Below, piece after piece: positions 35,126 to 37,474 of a stretch of 37,474 bases of DNA. Positions within the stretch are counted from its first letter, which is position 1; each line of letters starts with the position of its first letter. The stretch covers positions 1 to 37,474 of IMG/VR virus record IMGVR_UViG_3300037604_000023; one strand, written 5' to 3'. The translations under genes and the position numbers were made by a program. The stretch comes from a virus (lineage: Duplodnaviria > Caudoviricetes). A model generated the notes under the pieces. It was not told where the DNA came from, made no database searches, and worked only from the letters and a program-made list of their open reading frames with translations.

Positions 35126-35334
35126 GCCGAGCGCTCCCGCATGAACTGCTCCTTGCGGATCGCGAGGTGATGGTCCTCCGCAAGCTGGCTCAGCCGCATC
35201 AGCGACAGCGCGCAGGACGGCTCGTCGATATCGCGGACAAGCTGCAGCGCCAGCGCCACGCGCTGCGACTGCGGGATGGCCTCGATCTCGGCCTGAAGCT
35301 GCCCGGCATCGGGGATGAGGTCACTGATCCGCAT
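35122..35334 (-). CDS. Hypothetical early protein
   Basis: 70 aa with an AAGGAG RBS. Confidence 0.7.
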   Translation of the reverse strand: MRISDLIPDAGQLQAEIEAIPQSQRVALALQLVRDIDEPSCALSLMRLSQLAEDHHLAIRKEQFMRERSA

Positions 35335-35470
35335 GGGTCTCTCCTTGATGGATCACAGGGGAGGGACGCAGCACCGACACCACGATCACCGCGCTGCCTG
35401 TGGCCCACACCATCCCGGTCATTGCCAGCGCGCCCACCAGCCACGCTCCGCGTTCACGCCGGGGGCTCAT
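35321..35470 (-). CDS. Small hypothetical membrane peptide
   Basis: MSPRRERGAWLVGALAMTGMVW...; ATGA overlap with the cro/ner-like gene. Confidence 0.5.
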   Translation of the reverse strand: MSPRRERGAWLVGALAMTGMVWATGSAVIVVSVLRPSPVIHQGETHADQ

Positions 35471-35712
35471 GACGTGGTCTCCTTGGTCCTGGACGGGCGA
35501 GGGATGTCGGACGGCCACTCAAGGTCCTCCGGCCAATGGCGGTCGAACCATTTGACCACGCGATCCATCTTCCTGATCGTGCAGCTTGCCTCGCCTTCAA
35601 GCCCTTTGAAGAAGCCGCCAGCATCAGCCGCGTAGGTGGATACGGTGGACAGGGCGAGACCTGCGTGGCTTGCGTAGGTCTTGGCAAGTTTGAGAAGCTG
35701 CTCTTTGGTCAT
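35467..35712 (-). CDS. Cro/Ner-like small DNA-binding protein (first early gene)
   Basis: Divergent from the repressor; LSTVSTYAADAGGFF...WFDRHWPEDLEWPSDIPRP. Confidence 0.75.
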   Translation of the reverse strand: MTKEQLLKLAKTYASHAGLALSTVSTYAADAGGFFKGLEGEASCTIRKMDRVVKWFDRHWPEDLEWPSDIPRPSRTKETTS

Positions 35713-35721
35713 TTCGTAGCC

Positions 35722-35794
35722 CGGATTTGTTTCCGATTATTTAGCCGGAGTTTTTTCCGATAGTCAACCGGCTACTTTATCGGTAAATTCTCCG
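35722..35794. promoter_or_regulatory. Lysis/lysogeny switch: three palindromic operators and an early promoter
   Basis: CGGW-N6-TCCG at 35722-35735, 35746-35759 and 35781-35794. Minus-strand TTGACT-N17-CTAAAT (35767-35739) spans the middle operator. Confidence 0.7.
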
Positions 35795-35798
35795 ATTC

Positions 35799-36467
35799 GT
35801 GGACTATGCTGAGAATGCCCTTGCTGATGCGATCCGTGACCGGCTCAATGAGTTGGAAACAAACGCTTTTGCTGTTGAAAAGAAGTATGGACTTCCGGAG
35901 GACTCGATCAGGAGCATCCTGAAGGGAGGAAGGAAGTCAGGGACTTCAATCAACCGCGCACAGACGATATGTGCGGCGCTGGGTCTCGAACTTTACATTG
36001 GCCCGCCACGTGAGACCGGCACGGTCTACACCACCCGGATCGACCACGAGGACTTCGCCGCCATCCCGCGCGTCGATGCCCGCCTCGCAGCCGGCGCTGG
36101 AGCCGAGAACGACGAGGTGAGCCTCGAGGGCGCGCTCGCCTTTCGTCGCGATTGGTTGCGCGAACGTGATATTTCGCCAGCTCAGGCCTGCCTCCTGCGC
36201 GTCAGCGGTGACAGCATGTCCCCCACTCTTTACGATGGCGATCTCGTCATGATCGATGAACGGCGCACGGCGATCAGAGACCGCCACGTCTATGCTATTA
36301 TCGACGTGGACGGCGCGGCACGGGTCAAACGCGTCGAGGCCCAGCAGGATGCCTACATCCTGTTGACCTCCGACAACCCCGTCCACACCAGCGAACTCCG
36401 CACCGGACCCGACATGAACCGTCTCCGCATCCTGGGAGAGATTGTTTGGTCGGCCCATGCGTGGTAG
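35799..36467 (+). CDS. Phage repressor, CI/LexA-like with an S24 peptidase domain
   Basis: N-terminal HTH-like region, Ala-Gly site (LAAGAG), catalytic Ser (VSGDSMSPTL) and Lys (RVKRV), ILGEIVW. Confidence 0.9.
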   Translation: MDYAENALADAIRDRLNELETNAFAVEKKYGLPEDSIRSILKGGRKSGTSINRAQTICAALGLELYIGPPRETGTVYTTRIDHEDFAAIPRVDARLAAGAGAENDEVSLEGALAFRRDWLRERDISPAQACLLRVSGDSMSPTLYDGDLVMIDERRTAIRDRHVYAIIDVDGAARVKRVEAQQDAYILLTSDNPVHTSELRTGPDMNRLRILGEIVWSAHAW

Positions 36468-36495
36468 CCGGTATAAGCGCCGAAAGGAGAGAGTG

Positions 36496-36978
36496 ATGCG
36501 AGGACTTGACAGGGTTCTATTGGCAGTCGCTACGTTCGCGTGCTCGACGTCAGTTCAGGCGCAGGTGTATGAGCCGCGCTCCTGCCTGGAAGCCGGGCTA
36601 GATATCTCTGCTCCTAGCATACTGAAGGCATCCGACGGGCTGGTTCACCTTTCTGTCGATGTCACGAACGAATTCGACCAAGTGATTAGCGGCATTCGCT
36701 TCGATGGCGTTTTGCGATCGCCAGATCAGGAGGTGCCGCTGGACCGCTTTTGGTTTTGGGAACCGCAAATCGGCGGTGGCCTTGCACCGGGAGAAGCCAT
36801 GACAATCGACGCGTACATTCACCTCGACGACCATGCTGCACAGTTCCTTTCTGGACCGACATCCGTCGTCGCCGAATATGGTGTAACCAACCTCGTTGAC
36901 GCTGACGGCCACCCCCAGTTCGATCATCCGGCGCATCTCGACTGGGATCACAGTCGTTTCGCGAGCTTCTGTCAGTAG
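36496..36978 (+). CDS. Putative exported protein with a signal peptide
   Basis: AAGGAG RBS; MRGLDRVLLAVATFACSTSVQA-Q looks like a signal peptide; beta-rich body (VDVTN...ISGIRF...GGLAPGE). Confidence 0.7.
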   Translation: MRGLDRVLLAVATFACSTSVQAQVYEPRSCLEAGLDISAPSILKASDGLVHLSVDVTNEFDQVISGIRFDGVLRSPDQEVPLDRFWFWEPQIGGGLAPGEAMTIDAYIHLDDHAAQFLSGPTSVVAEYGVTNLVDADGHPQFDHPAHLDWDHSRFASFCQ

Positions 36979-37380
36979 CTTCGACGAAGCCGAAAATCAG
37001 TTCCCACTTCTCTGTCCGTGTCCATCTCCCTCGTGGTCACGTAACCACTTGTGATATTGTGACTTTTTACTTTCTGGGAACTCTGAAGTGAAGTGGGCCG
37101 GTGAGTTCCCGGTTCCGAGGCCCTGAGATGAGTTCGCGCGCGCCCCGTTGAGACCCTCGCAGCCCCCGTTGAACCCCTGTTTAAATGGCTTTCCACTAAC
37201 TCTACTGCATCGCTGACACCGATGTTGCCCAATGCCGACGAGCCGCTTCGAAACGCCCCAACAGCACGCTATGCAAAACTCCCCGCCAGCGATCCGCCTC
37301 AAACCACGCGGTCTCACGACGCCTTCAAAAATGGGCTTTCCATCCACCTTCTTCCGGAAAAGTCCTTAATAGTCCGGTTA

Positions 37381-37405
37381 CTGCAGATCCATCTGTCTCC
37401 CTACA
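37381..37405 (-). repeat. Phage terminus (repressor/c-side end)
   Basis: Reverse complement TGTAGGGAGACAGATGGATCTGCAG shares TGTAG.G.GACA......T.TGCAG with the end at 106. Confidence 0.75.
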
Positions 37406-37474
37406 GCCTCCCTGCCGGCAGCCACGCGGGCCGCGTGGGCTTCGGCGGCCTCGCGGGCTGCGGCCGCCCGGATC

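Larger units (their letters stand above)
106..37405 (-). mobile_element. Complete Mu-like transposable prophage/phage genome (~37.3 kb) with a P2-type contractile tail module
   Basis: MuA/MuB pair, GemA, Mor/C-like activator, Mu-type terminase, portal, gpF, protease and gpT, and a full tail set. The ends read 5'-TG...CA-3' and form imperfect inverted repeats. Size is comparable to Mu. Confidence 0.93.

Noticed and set aside
33972-35183. 403-aa minus-strand ORF spanning the accessory insert
   Set aside because: Antisense to the better-supported SLATT-like gene and overlapping other genes; no recognisable domain.
36972-37347. 86-aa and 116-aa minus-strand ORFs near the right end
   Set aside because: The region is expected to hold end-binding and packaging sites; no RBS or motifs.
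1-37474. CRISPR arrays, tRNA/rRNA genes, gin-type invertase, com/mom, diversity-generating retroelement
   Set aside because: No repeat-spacer array, RNA-gene signature, recombinase, Com zinc finger or reverse transcriptase motif was seen by eye. The repeats found are intragenic protein repeats.

Overview
The window is an apparently complete ~37.3 kb Mu-like transposable (pro)phage spanning 106-37405. It is bounded by imperfect TGTAG...CTACA terminal inverted repeats and has only short flanks (105 bp and 69 bp). High GC and a GTA-type holin/GH108 lysin pair suggest a Rhodobacteraceae host (inference). Almost all genes are on the minus strand. Read from the right end, the order is: S24-type repressor and cro/ner-like switch, early genes (ParB-N protein, MuA DDE transposase, MuB ATPase, DUF3164, GemA, Mor/C-like activator), lysis, Mu-type packaging and head genes, a P2-type contractile tail module and a Dam-family methyltransferase. 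The most interesting accessory elements are: (1) a terminal three-gene STAS-GHKL / STAS / membrane-protein cassette resembling a partner-switching module; (2) an antisense two-gene insert encoding a Pro-rich 56-aa peptide and a SLATT-like 2TM protein; (3) an Acb2/Tad1-like small protein in the head operon; (4) a densely structured ~200-nt non-coding segment (putative pseudoknot, RBS-ATG-TGA minigene, twin GAAA-loop hairpins) directly upstream of a MuF protein with a nuclease-like C-terminal extension. All family assignments come from motif recognition and synteny, not from database searches. Many start codons were moved from the ORF track using RBS and gene-overlap evidence.
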